In this document: positions 1 through 10,538 of the stretch, piece after piece
Layout: each line of letters opens with the position of its first letter
How positions within the stretch are numbered: the first letter of the stretch is position 1
Source of the DNA: an uncultured Desulfatitalea sp.
GTDB taxonomy: Bacteria; Desulfobacterota; Desulfobacteria; Desulfobacterales; Desulfosarcinaceae
DNA: 64,000 nt
Assembly: GCA_963668675.2 (NCBI GenBank)
Contig: CAXXMB010000002.1
Coordinates: forward strand, 2,336,001 to 2,400,000
Direction: 5' to 3'
Program-made: the position numbers and the translations under genes
The notes under the pieces: generated by a model
Told to the model about the DNA's origin: nothing
What the model saw: only the letters and a program-made list of their open reading frames with translations
Databases searched by the model: none

Positions 1-312
1 CTCATGACACGTGGCCGGGTCGGCAATGTGGTAGAGGCCGATGAAGCGGTGCGGCACGCCCTGGATCGGGCTCTGCTGCTGGCCATGCGCATCCTGACCG
101 CGCTGGGCGCCACCATGGTCACCGTGATCGAATACAGCAGGCGTTTCCACCTTCGTGGGAGCGGACAGCGCCTGCTATACGCCTTCCTGCCCCGCCTGCC
201 CGAATCCCCGGGCGCATTCAGCGAAGCCCAACTGCGCTGGATCAACGGCCACTATCCCGAAGACTTTGCCGAGGCGTGCCGGGGCAAGCTGCCGGATTCA
301 ACTCGCTTTTAG
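1..312 (+). CDS. 3' part of a hypothetical protein (runs in from the window edge)
   Basis: Frame open from base 1 to TAG at 310-312 with typical GC3-rich codons; no recognisable motif. Confidence 0.6.
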   Translation, partial: LMTRGRVGNVVEADEAVRHALDRALLLAMRILTALGATMVTVIEYSRRFHLRGSGQRLLYAFLPRLPESPGAFSEAQLRWINGHYPEDFAEACRGKLPDSTRF

Positions 313-712
313 TAGGTCAATGTTTCCATATAGAGCAGGCCGGTGATGGTCAGTATGATGAACGGCACATAGAGGACCGCTTTAGTTCTCCCTCTGGAGT
401 ATAGAATCGGCCAAAGATAAAGCTACCTTGGAGCTGGCGGGGTCGAACCGGAAGTCCTTTAGCTAGAGTCTGCTCGAAAGCCTGTCCGGGGGTGATATTT
501 TGCTGGGAAGCAATTTGGTTTCAGTGATAGAGAATGCGATCCAACAGGTTGCGGGCGTCGGTGATCACATGATCGCTGATATCTTCATAGTGCGTTAGAT
601 AGACGGCTGCGGCGGCGATCAGCGAGATAATCACGCCAGCCAGTGCCAGGCGAAAGGCCAAGCTGCGGTAAACGAAGGCACGCAAAGGGATACCGGGTTT
701 TGGATGTGCCAA
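309..712 (-). pseudogene. Degraded membrane-anchored protein (possibly the N-terminus of a sensor protein)
   Basis: TTG 712 ORF with a TM helix (LAFRLALAGVIISLIAAAAVYL) hits in-frame TGA at 523-521. The frame then stays open (NQIASQQNITPGQAFEQ...GSFIFGRFYTPEGEL) to TGA 352-350. A second hydrophobic stretch (AVLYVPFIILTITGLLY) lies in another frame ending at TAA 311-309. Confidence 0.5.
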
Positions 713-785
713 TGTTCCATTTCTCGCGGTTGATCAGGCGGCTTCCCCTGACGCTGAAGCCCTGAGGTCTTTGCAACGTCAGCGG

Positions 786-1040
786 TTAATAGGCCAGCCG
801 GACACCTGTGATGGCGGTATCGGGCAGCTTTGCAGGACATGGCGACACACGGACATACTTGACGTTGGCATAGGGTACCGCATACATGGCCCCTTCGACC
901 TCCAGGACGAGCTGGTTCTCGGCCAATGCTTTACGAACCATCGTGCCGATCTGGCTGGGATCGTCGATCTGGACGGGAAATTCAAACTGCAGGTCGGACC
1001 CGTCGGTGAAATAGATGGTGATCCTCCGGTCCTTGCCCAT
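786..1040 (-). CDS. Small hypothetical protein (84 aa)
   Basis: ATG preceded by AGGAGGG RBS; protein-like composition; directly downstream of ettA on the same strand. Confidence 0.75.
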   Translation of the reverse strand: MGKDRRITIYFTDGSDLQFEFPVQIDDPSQIGTMVRKALAENQLVLEVEGAMYAVPYANVKYVRVSPCPAKLPDTAITGVRLAY

Positions 1041-1105
1041 AGATGCCCTCCTCTTTCATGTTTTGTTTTCGCCTTCATCCTTCATTCTTACCCCTTCTCC
1101 AGAAC

Positions 1106-2785
<1,680 letters not shown>

Positions 2786-2941
2786 TGCCGCTCCTTCTGG
2801 CCGGGCACGGGAAGCCGAAGATTTAAGTTGGAATTGTTTGAAATGGTGTTTGTTGCCCCTGTTTAAAACGAAGGGGCAGTGGAAATCAAATCATTTTGAA
2901 CGATATCGGACCAGCTGCTGTGACCCTGGCTCCAGTAGATC

Positions 2942-3060
2942 TCAAACGGCCACAACAGAGAGACAGGAGAACATGTAGCCGGCCACCAGGGCAAACAGCA
3001 GACTGTGAGTGGGGCCGCGATGAAAGGCCGCCCCGTTGCCCTTGACCAGGAGTCCGAAAC
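2942..3060 (-). pseudogene. Fragment of a YdjM/DUF457-like membrane metal-dependent hydrolase
   Basis: Minus-strand frame reads FGLLVKGNGAAFHRGPTHSLLFALVAGYMFSCLSVVAV*. HRGxTHS followed by a TM helix is the family signature; no own start codon seen. Confidence 0.55.
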
Positions 3061-3085
3061 GGTATTTCGTTAAGAGAGGGGCTTT

Positions 3086-3703
3086 TCAGGACTGTTTTTT
3101 AACGACGCCGGTCCCTATCACCATATCCCTGATCGCCTCATACGGCTGGGCACCCACCAGGAGGGTGTCGTTCATTTTGAAGGTGGGCACGGCGGTGATG
3201 CCCAATTCATACGAACGCTGCCAATCCTTATCCACATCCGCCGTACAGCGCCTCTCGACCAGCACCTGCTCGGCTGCATCCGGATCAAGGTCGCACGCCA
3301 AAGCAAGCGATCTCAACACCTCGAGTCGGGCAATGTTGTTGCCATGGGCAAAATAGGCTTCAAACGCGAGTTGGTGGAACCGGTCGCCCTGGCCCTGGGA
3401 CTCGGCCCACTTGCCCAGCTCTTGGGCCCTGCGGCTGTTGTAGGTCATGCTGCGCCGGGTAAAGGGCAGCCCGAGGCTGTCGGCTGTTTGCTTGAGCCGC
3501 TCCACTACTTTGGAAATATCGGCAATGCGTCCGGCAAACAGATCCTCCAACGTGCGCCCTTCGTCCGGTGTCTCTGGATGGAGTGGGAAAGCGGTCCATT
3601 GAATGTCGATTTCAAACTCCTGTCGTGCTCGTTCAATACGCCCGGTAATGAAGTAGCACCACGGTCAGATATAGTCGGAAAAAATTTCTAAAACAGGGGT
3701 CAT
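3086..3703 (-). CDS. DsbA/FrnE-family thioredoxin-fold selenoprotein (UxxC), 205 aa
   Basis: ATG at 3703 with GAGGTG RBS gives MTPVLEIFSDYI-TGA(3667-3665)-PWCYF...WTAFPLHPE, in frame with track ORF 3086..3550. Matches the DxxCPWCY motif with TGA at the first Cys; cis-Pro motif GITAVPTF; GAQP. Confidence 0.9.
3625..3659 (-). promoter_or_regulatory. Putative bacterial SECIS element
   Basis: Just 3' of the in-frame UGA: GUGCU-ac-UUCA-u-UAC-[cgggc]-GUA-u-UGAA-cg-AGCAC hairpin with a G-containing apical loop. Confidence 0.7.
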
Positions 3704-3900
3704 CTGGTCACCTCTTGCTGAATTTTATTTTAAACTGGCCTTGTTTTGAGACAATAGTCACGAATACCTCCACACGCAAATAGATCAGAGGCACGCGCCT
3801 CATGTCGATTTATTCATACCGATCCGGCGCAACATAAGGGTGAGATTAAAACGCTACCCTAACCATGCGTGACGATCCCAGTTCGATATTTCGATGGATT

Positions 3901-3940
3901 AAAAAAGGCTATCGCCCATTCAAGGGCGATAGCCTTTTTT
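3901..3940. terminator. Rho-independent terminator (bidirectional) after the thiolase-acd operon
   Basis: AAAAAAGGCTATCGCCC-attcaa-GGGCGATAGCCTTTTTT perfect inverted repeat. Confidence 0.85.
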
Positions 3941-3979
3941 ATCTCAATGCTGTTTCAGGCCAATTCCAGGGGGTGTAAA

Positions 3980-5143
3980 TTAACGATTGGCCTTGCGGTA
4001 GCCCAATTGATCCTGGGCGACGATGGTCTTGCAGATGTTGGCCGAACCCTCCACCATGATGTAGGTGGGGATGTCTCGGTAGAAGCGGGCGATGGGGTAC
4101 TCTGTGGAGTAGCCGTAGGCACCGAGGATGCGCAAGCCGTAGTTGGCGCACTTCATGGCCGTTTCGCCGGCGAAGTATTTGGCCTGGGCCACCTCCATGC
4201 CGTTACCAAGCTGGCCGGCGTCTTTTTGCAGGGAGGCCTTGTAGACGAGCAGGCGGGCGGCTTCCACGTCGCACACCATCTGGGCAATCAGGTCCTGGTT
4301 CATCTGAAACTTGCCGATCGGCTGGCCGAACTGCTGGCGCTGGTTGCAGTATTTGGTGGCGATGTCCAGACACGCCTGGGCGCAGCCCACGGCGCCGGCG
4401 GCGGCGGAGAGGCGGGTGTTGTTCAGGGAGCTGAAGACGATTTTGGCGCCGTCACCAACCTTGCCCAGCAGGTTCTCCTTGGGTACCCGGGTGCCGTCGA
4501 AGAAGATCTCGCCGGTGGGCGAAGAGTAGGAGCCCATCTTGTCCAGGTCGGTGGTTTTGATGCCGTTGAAATTCTTCAGCTCTACGATGAAGGCGGAAAG
4601 TCCCTTACCGCGCTTGCTCTTGTCGGTGAAGGCGTAGCAGATGACCACGTCGGCCTGGTTGGCGTTGGAGATCCAGGTTTTGGAGCCGTTGAGGATGAAG
4701 CAGTCGTCCGTCTCTTCTGCTTCGGTCTCAATGGACATGACATCCGATCCGGCATTGGGCTCGGTGATGGCGAAACCGCCCAGGTAGTCACCTTCGGCCA
4801 GTCTTTTTACATACTTCTTTTTTGCGGCTTCGGTGCCATACAGGTAGATGGGGAAGGCGCAGCCGATGGCCGACAAATTATACTGTACCCGCAGGGAGCT
4901 GGAAACCCGTGCGATCTCTTCGGTGATGATCGAGGTGGCCAGCCAGCCCATGTCTTCTCCGCCCCACTCTTCGGGGATCACGGCGCCGAAGAAGCCCAGT
5001 TCTCCCATGGGTTTGATGACCTCTTTCACCGGCAGGTAGTGGTTGGCATCCCATTCGTCCACGAAGGGGGCGATTTTCTTTTTAGCGAAATCCTGTACTG
5101 CTTTGCGCAGCATTTCATGTTCTTTTGACAGTTTGAAATCCAT
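3980..5143 (-). CDS. Acyl-CoA dehydrogenase, probably non-decarboxylating glutaryl-CoA dehydrogenase
   Basis: ACAD motifs (TEPNAGSD, LNGSKTWISN, RQQFGQPIG, GAYGY). Strong recalled resemblance to Desulfococcus multivorans GDH, including SSLRVQYN, MVEGSANICK and the C-terminal QLGYRKANR. Confidence 0.85.
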   Translation of the reverse strand: MDFKLSKEHEMLRKAVQDFAKKKIAPFVDEWDANHYLPVKEVIKPMGELGFFGAVIPEEWGGEDMGWLATSIITEEIARVSSSLRVQYNLSAIGCAFPIYLYGTEAAKKKYVKRLAEGDYLGGFAITEPNAGSDVMSIETEAEETDDCFILNGSKTWISNANQADVVICYAFTDKSKRGKGLSAFIVELKNFNGIKTTDLDKMGSYSSPTGEIFFDGTRVPKENLLGKVGDGAKIVFSSLNNTRLSAAAGAVGCAQACLDIATKYCNQRQQFGQPIGKFQMNQDLIAQMVCDVEAARLLVYKASLQKDAGQLGNGMEVAQAKYFAGETAMKCANYGLRILGAYGYSTEYPIARFYRDIPTYIMVEGSANICKTIVAQDQLGYRKANR

Positions 5144-5239
5144 TGTTAACTCCCTTTAAGTAGAATAATCGAAACTTGATTTCAGCGGCGATCGTGATGT
5201 GATGGAAGCCAGCGATCGCTTCTTACCGTATTTTGACAG

Positions 5240-6481
5240 CTATTTTCTTTCCAGAATTCCGGCGATACCCAATCCGCCGCCGCCGCAAATGCACTCCATG
5301 GCCAGGCGGGTGTCACGGCGTTTCATTTCATGCAGCATGGTGACCAGCACGCGGGTGCCGGTGGCGGCAATGGGGTGCCCCAGCGAGATGCCGGAGCCGT
5401 TGACATTGACCTTGCCGTAGTCGGCCGGATCGACGCCCATCTCTTTAAGATCGGCCAGTACCTGGGCCGCAAATGCCTCCTGGATCTCGATCATCTCCAT
5501 CTGCTCGATGGTCAGGCCGGTCCTTTTCAGAACCTTATCGGCAGCGACCGCTACAGTGCGGTAGGCGTGTCTTGGGTCGTCTCCAGCCACCACACAGGCT
5601 CTGAAGGTCGCCATCGGCTCGACGCCAAGGGCTTCGGCCTTTTCGCGGGTGGTGATCACCACGGCGGCGGCACCGTCATTCTCGGTGGAAGAGTTGCCGG
5701 CGGTACATACGCCACCGAGCACCGGTCGCAGGCGGGCCAATTTTTCCAGGGTCGTGTCGCTGCGCGGGTTCTCGTCCTGGGTCACGACGACGGGGTCGCC
5801 CTTGCGCTGGGGCACCGATACCGGCACGATCTCATCATTGAATTTACCTGCCTCGATGGCCGCACACGCTTTCTGGTGGCTCTCCAGAGACCACTGGTCA
5901 CACGCCTCACGGGAGATCTGTTCGACTTCGGCGGCGGTTTCGGCCCACGCCATCATCGATGGCAGTACGCCGAAGCGCTCTTCCGGCTGGGACATGACCC
6001 GCGCGCGTTGGATGCGGTCGTAGAAGCGCAGGCCCCAAATGCCCAGGTCGCCATGGCCCCGGGGCATGCCGCCGGTGCCGCCTACACCCCACTTGATGTT
6101 TCCGGGCAGATAGAATTCGGCGTTGCTCATGCTCTCGACGCCGCCGGCCACTACAATTTCAGCATCCCCGGATTGGATCAAGGCGGCGGCAAAACGCACC
6201 ACGTCCAGGCCGGTGCAGCAGCGCCGATCGAGGGTTACGCCCGGGACGTAATCGGGCCATCCGGCCGTGAGTAGCCCCATGCGGGCAATGTTGACATACT
6301 CTCCATTCTGGTAAGACTGGCCGAACACCACCTCGTCCACGCTCTCCGGTTTGACGCCGGCTTTCTCAAGCGCGGCATTCATGACCAGGGCGGCGAGATC
6401 GTATGCCTGGATGGTTTTAAGCGCACCCATGTAGCGGCCTACCGGTGTTCTGACTCCACTGATAATGACAACTTCTTTCAT
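5240..6481 (-). CDS. Thiolase (acetyl-CoA C-acyltransferase)
   Basis: RTPVG N-terminus, DRRCCTG, GGVESMS, QEAF, GHP and CxGGG motifs; start ATG 6481 after AAAGGA. Confidence 0.92.
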   Translation of the reverse strand: MKEVVIISGVRTPVGRYMGALKTIQAYDLAALVMNAALEKAGVKPESVDEVVFGQSYQNGEYVNIARMGLLTAGWPDYVPGVTLDRRCCTGLDVVRFAAALIQSGDAEIVVAGGVESMSNAEFYLPGNIKWGVGGTGGMPRGHGDLGIWGLRFYDRIQRARVMSQPEERFGVLPSMMAWAETAAEVEQISREACDQWSLESHQKACAAIEAGKFNDEIVPVSVPQRKGDPVVVTQDENPRSDTTLEKLARLRPVLGGVCTAGNSSTENDGAAAVVITTREKAEALGVEPMATFRACVVAGDDPRHAYRTVAVAADKVLKRTGLTIEQMEMIEIQEAFAAQVLADLKEMGVDPADYGKVNVNGSGISLGHPIAATGTRVLVTMLHEMKRRDTRLAMECICGGGGLGIAGILERK

Positions 6482-6938
6482 ATGGCATCCTTTGTATTGA
6501 TTCATTTGGGCAATCTTCATGTTTTCCGCATATCGGTTTCTGCATCAATCGGCAACTGTCTGCCTCTCCCGTAATCTCGCCGTGCGGGGAGCGAGTGCGT
6601 CGACGTCCGGGGAGCGTCGCAATGGAACCGTCATACAGGTTCTGGCAGGTTGGGAACAATCCAGAGCTTTGTGCCAAGCGAATCCACATAGCAACATCCT
6701 TCAAATGTGTCAACAAGCACGGTGGCCAGAGCCCGCATGACCGGCGAGGCATTTGGCATCTAACGCGGGTACGCGGACATTTGAAATCTCTGTTTCACGC
6801 CAGTGCAACAGGTGGGTCAAAGCGTGCGCTGCAGGCTTGCATCTTGGCCCGATCTGATGCTATTGTTTGGCGATTCGGCGCATCGGCGCCCTTACCGGCA
6901 GCAGCCGCCCTACCCATTCCGAGCCTGAGGAGATGCAG

Positions 6939-8003
6939 ATGCAGTTAACCGTTACCCTCAACGATCAGTTGAAGCCAAAACCCGATGAGAACAACCTTGG
7001 TTTTGGAACGATTTTTAGCGACCATATGTTTAATATGGACTATTCGCCCGAGAAGGGCTGGCACAACCCACGGATCGAACCCTATTCCCCTTTTGTACTG
7101 GACCCGGCCACTATGGTTTTGCATTACGGTCAGGGTATTTTCGAAGGGCTTAAGGGGTACCGCACGGAGCAGGGGCATATCCAGATGTTCCGGCCGCACG
7201 AAAATTTCAAGCGCCTGAACTATTCGGCCCGTAAACTGTGCATCCCCGAATTCGACGAGGCGTTTGCCCTCGATGCGCTCAAGGAGCTGTTGCGCATCGA
7301 GCGGGAGTGGGTGCCTGGTGCGCCGGGCACGTCTCTCTACATCCGTCCCACGATCATCGCCACCGACCCTTTTCTGGGCGTGCGCGCATCGCACACCTAT
7401 CGTTTCTATATCATTCTCTCTCCGGTGGGCGCCTACTATCCGGAAGGGTTCAATCCCATTAAAATTATGGTGACCCGCGATCATGTGCGTGCGGTGCGCG
7501 GCGGCGTGGGCGACACCAAAACCATGGGTAACTATGCAGCCAGCCTGTTGGCGGGTGAGGAGGCGCACCGGGCAGGATACACCCAGGTGCTCTGGCTGGA
7601 CGGTGTGGAGCAGCAATATGTTGAAGAGGTGGGCTCCATGAATATCCACTTCGTCATCGACGGCGAACTGGTGACCCCCATGCTCAACGGAAGCATTTTA
7701 CCCGGCATCACCCGTGATTCGGTTTTGGCGCTGGCCAAGTCGTGGGGCATGCCCGTCAGTGAGCGTTTGATCACGATTGACGAGGTGTTCGAGGCCCACC
7801 AGGCGGGTCGCCTGACGGAGATTTTCGGGTCGGGTACGGCAGCGGTGGTCTCGCCGGTGGGAGAGCTCAAGTACGAAGATCGGATCATCACCGTCGGCGA
7901 AGGAGAGGTCGGCCCGGTTGCCCAGCGGCTGTTCGATACGATGACGGACATTCAGTACGGCCGGGCGGAAGATACGATGGGGTGGGTCGAGCCGGTCGAT
8001 TAG
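6939..8003 (+). CDS. ilvE: Branched-chain amino acid aminotransferase
   Basis: LHYGQGIFEGLKGY, LYIRP, KTMGNY (PLP Lys), EVGSMN, ILPGITR, SGTAAVV; GAGGAG RBS. Confidence 0.95.
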   Translation: MQLTVTLNDQLKPKPDENNLGFGTIFSDHMFNMDYSPEKGWHNPRIEPYSPFVLDPATMVLHYGQGIFEGLKGYRTEQGHIQMFRPHENFKRLNYSARKLCIPEFDEAFALDALKELLRIEREWVPGAPGTSLYIRPTIIATDPFLGVRASHTYRFYIILSPVGAYYPEGFNPIKIMVTRDHVRAVRGGVGDTKTMGNYAASLLAGEEAHRAGYTQVLWLDGVEQQYVEEVGSMNIHFVIDGELVTPMLNGSILPGITRDSVLALAKSWGMPVSERLITIDEVFEAHQAGRLTEIFGSGTAAVVSPVGELKYEDRIITVGEGEVGPVAQRLFDTMTDIQYGRAEDTMGWVEPVD

Positions 8004-8088
8004 GCCTGCTGATCAGATTTCCGTTCAACGCTATTTCATATCCATTTGATCCCGAAATATCGGGGTGTGATCAATAAAGGAGTGCTAC

Positions 8089-8973
8089 ATGCAGGTCCGC
8101 AAAGCCGTTTTTCCGGTGGCAGGTTTGGGAACCCGCTTTTTGCCGGCAACCAAGGCGATGCCCAAAGAGATGTTGCCAGTCGTAGATAAGCCGTTGATTC
8201 AGTATGCGGTGGAAGAGGCCCTGTCGGCGGGTATCAGTGAGATCATATTTGTCACCGGTCGCAGCAAACAGGCCATCGAAGACCATTTCGACCACTCCTG
8301 TGAATTGGAGCACACCCTGATGGCGCGTGGCAAGGATTCCCTGCTCAAGGAGATCGCCTTTCTGATCCCCGAATCGGGAACCTTCACCTACACCCGGCAG
8401 AACGAGCCGCTGGGGTTGGGGCACGCCATCTGGTGCGCCCGCAAAATCGTGGGCGACGAACCGTTCGCCGTGCTGCTGGCCGATGACTTGATGAAATCGG
8501 ACAAACCGGTGCTGGGCCAGATGATCGAACAGTTCGACCGCCTGCAGGCGTCCATGGTGTGTGTGGAAGAGGTCGATCCGGCGGCAACGGCCAGCTACGG
8601 CATTCTCGATGCCGACCCTCCTGTAAATCGCATCACAAAAATTCGAGGGTTGGTTGAAAAACCCGATCCAGCCACAGCGCCCTCCAATCTTGCCATTATC
8701 GGCCGCTATATCCTTACACCCGAAATTTTCAATATCCTCGAGCGCAAGGAGACCGGTGCCGGCGGAGAGATTCAGATCACCGACGCCATGGCCCGCCTGC
8801 TCGGGCAGCAGTCGATATACGGATATCGGTACGAAGGCCAGCGGTTCGATTGCGGCACCAAGGTTGGTTTTCAGATGGCCAACCTCTCCTACGCTCTGGA
8901 CAGGAAAGAGATGCGTGATCGGCTGATTCCTTTTTTGCAAAAAACCTTGAACGTGTGTGAGCTCGAAAAGTAG
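8089..8973 (+). CDS. galU: UTP--glucose-1-phosphate uridylyltransferase
   Basis: KAVFPVAGLGTRFLPATKAMPKEMLPVVDKP, LGLGHA, VEKP, GGEIQITDA. Confidence 0.95.
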   Translation: MQVRKAVFPVAGLGTRFLPATKAMPKEMLPVVDKPLIQYAVEEALSAGISEIIFVTGRSKQAIEDHFDHSCELEHTLMARGKDSLLKEIAFLIPESGTFTYTRQNEPLGLGHAIWCARKIVGDEPFAVLLADDLMKSDKPVLGQMIEQFDRLQASMVCVEEVDPAATASYGILDADPPVNRITKIRGLVEKPDPATAPSNLAIIGRYILTPEIFNILERKETGAGGEIQITDAMARLLGQQSIYGYRYEGQRFDCGTKVGFQMANLSYALDRKEMRDRLIPFLQKTLNVCELEK

Positions 8974-9013
8974 ATTGCAGGACCACATTTAGACAACCAT
9001 TCGTTGGATCAGC

Positions 9014-10294
9014 ATGAACAGCAGCGCTACGGCCAAGAACATCGGATTCGTGTCAACCCGTTTCGCAGGCACTGATGGGGTGACCCTCGAGGCGAGCAAG
9101 TGGGCCCAGGTACTCGAACAGACCGGACACCGCTGCTTTTGGCTGGCCGGTGAGCTGGACCGGGACCCGGCGTCGTGCATGCTGGTTCCCGAGGCCCATT
9201 TCAAGCATGAGAAGAATCAGTGGATCAATGAGCGCGTCTTCGGCCACAAAAGCCGCAAATCAAATGTGACCGACACCATTCATGCCCTGAAGACCTTGAT
9301 CAAGGTTGCCCTCGCGGAATTTATCGACCAGTTCAAGCTCGATATGCTCATCGTTGAAAATGCACTGACCATCCCGCTGCATATCCCTTTGGGGGTCGCG
9401 CTCACCGAAATCATTGCCGAACGCCTGATTCCCACCATCGCCCACCACCACGATTTTTATTGGGAACGCACCCGATTCAGCGTCAATGCTGTGGACGACT
9501 TTCTGCGCATGGCTTTTCCGCCCAAACTGAACAGCATTGCCCATGTGGTGATCAATTCCGCTGCCCAGGAGGAGCTGGCCCTTCGCACCGGCATCTCATC
9601 GACCATCATTGCCAATGTGCTCGATTTTGATAACCGCATAGAGGTCGACCCGGACAACGCCACCGCCTTTAAGCGGTCCGTCGGCTTGGAACCGGAAGAC
9701 AAAATGATTCTGCAGCCCACCCGCATCGTGCAGCGCAAAGGCATCGAACACGCCATCGAATTGATCCGGCAGCTCGGTGACCCGAGCTACAAGCTGGTCA
9801 TTTCACACGAAGCCGGTGATGAGGGTTTCGAATATGCCGAATGGCTCAAAAGCCACGCCAGGGAGCACGGTGTCGATTTGCGCCTGGTGAACACACAGAT
9901 GCGTGATCCCATCAATGGGCGGGGCCGCCGGAACGGTCCCTACTCCTTGTGGGATATCTACCCGCATGCGGATTTTATTACCTATCCGAGCCTGTATGAG
10001 GGGTTTGGCAATGCATTTCTCGAGGCGATCTATTTCAGGAAGCCCCTCTTGATCAATCGCTATGCCATATTCGTGCGCGACATCGAACCCAAGGGGTTCG
10101 ATCTGATTGTCATGGATGGGTTTTTAACGGAGAAGAACGTGCAACAGGTGCGACAGGTGCTCGAATCCAACGAGCGACGGGAGCGGATGACGAACCACAA
10201 CTATGCCGTGGCCCAACGCTATTACTCTTATGCCGGCCTGAGGCACTGGCTCAACATGCTGATTTACGGCTTTTTCGGTGTGGAGCAGGACTAA
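9014..10294 (+). CDS. Glycosyltransferase family 4 (resembles mannosylglucosylglycerate-synthase-like group)
   Basis: GTDGVTLE N-terminus, HHHDFYWER, RIVQRKGIE, YPSLYEGFGNAFLEA (GT-B Ex7E). Confidence 0.85.
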   Translation: MNSSATAKNIGFVSTRFAGTDGVTLEASKWAQVLEQTGHRCFWLAGELDRDPASCMLVPEAHFKHEKNQWINERVFGHKSRKSNVTDTIHALKTLIKVALAEFIDQFKLDMLIVENALTIPLHIPLGVALTEIIAERLIPTIAHHHDFYWERTRFSVNAVDDFLRMAFPPKLNSIAHVVINSAAQEELALRTGISSTIIANVLDFDNRIEVDPDNATAFKRSVGLEPEDKMILQPTRIVQRKGIEHAIELIRQLGDPSYKLVISHEAGDEGFEYAEWLKSHAREHGVDLRLVNTQMRDPINGRGRRNGPYSLWDIYPHADFITYPSLYEGFGNAFLEAIYFRKPLLINRYAIFVRDIEPKGFDLIVMDGFLTEKNVQQVRQVLESNERRERMTNHNYAVAQRYYSYAGLRHWLNMLIYGFFGVEQD

Positions 10295-10330
10295 TGCCAG
10301 AGGTTAACGCCAAAGGTTAACGCCAGAGGT
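10292..10330 (+). repeat. 13-bp tandem repeat, three copies
   Basis: TAATGCCAGAGGT / TAACGCCAAAGGT / TAACGCCAGAGGT, beginning at the GT4 stop codon. Confidence 0.8.
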
Positions 10331-10538
10331 TAGCGATAGACCCGTTTCTAGCCAATTATGTCCGATTCCTCTATTCGTTTCCCGTTTCGATCTCCGTTCG
10401 GCTGGATCACTCACCAGGCTCACCCGCGCCTGACCCCCGAAAGTTGAGTTCTAACCTGTTTGCATTAAATTACCGATATAGTGTTCGTCTGCATTTTTCC
10501 CCAATAACCTTTTGATACATAGATAGACCGGAGCCCCA

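Noticed and set aside
429..457. TGGAGCTGGCGGGGTCGAACC resembles the reverse complement of a tmRNA/tRNA 3' end (possible att site)
   Set aside because: No CCA end, imperfect T-arm and no integrase nearby; it sits within the read-through frame of the 309-712 pseudogene (PVRPRQLQ), so coincidence is more likely
3869..5128. 419-aa plus-strand ORF and similar long antisense ORFs (e.g. 10878-12182, 15597-16850, 53419-54582)
   Set aside because: They fully overlap well-supported genes on the opposite strand
10292..10335. Possible mini CRISPR array
   Set aside because: Repeats are 13 bp, contiguous and without spacers; no cas genes in the window
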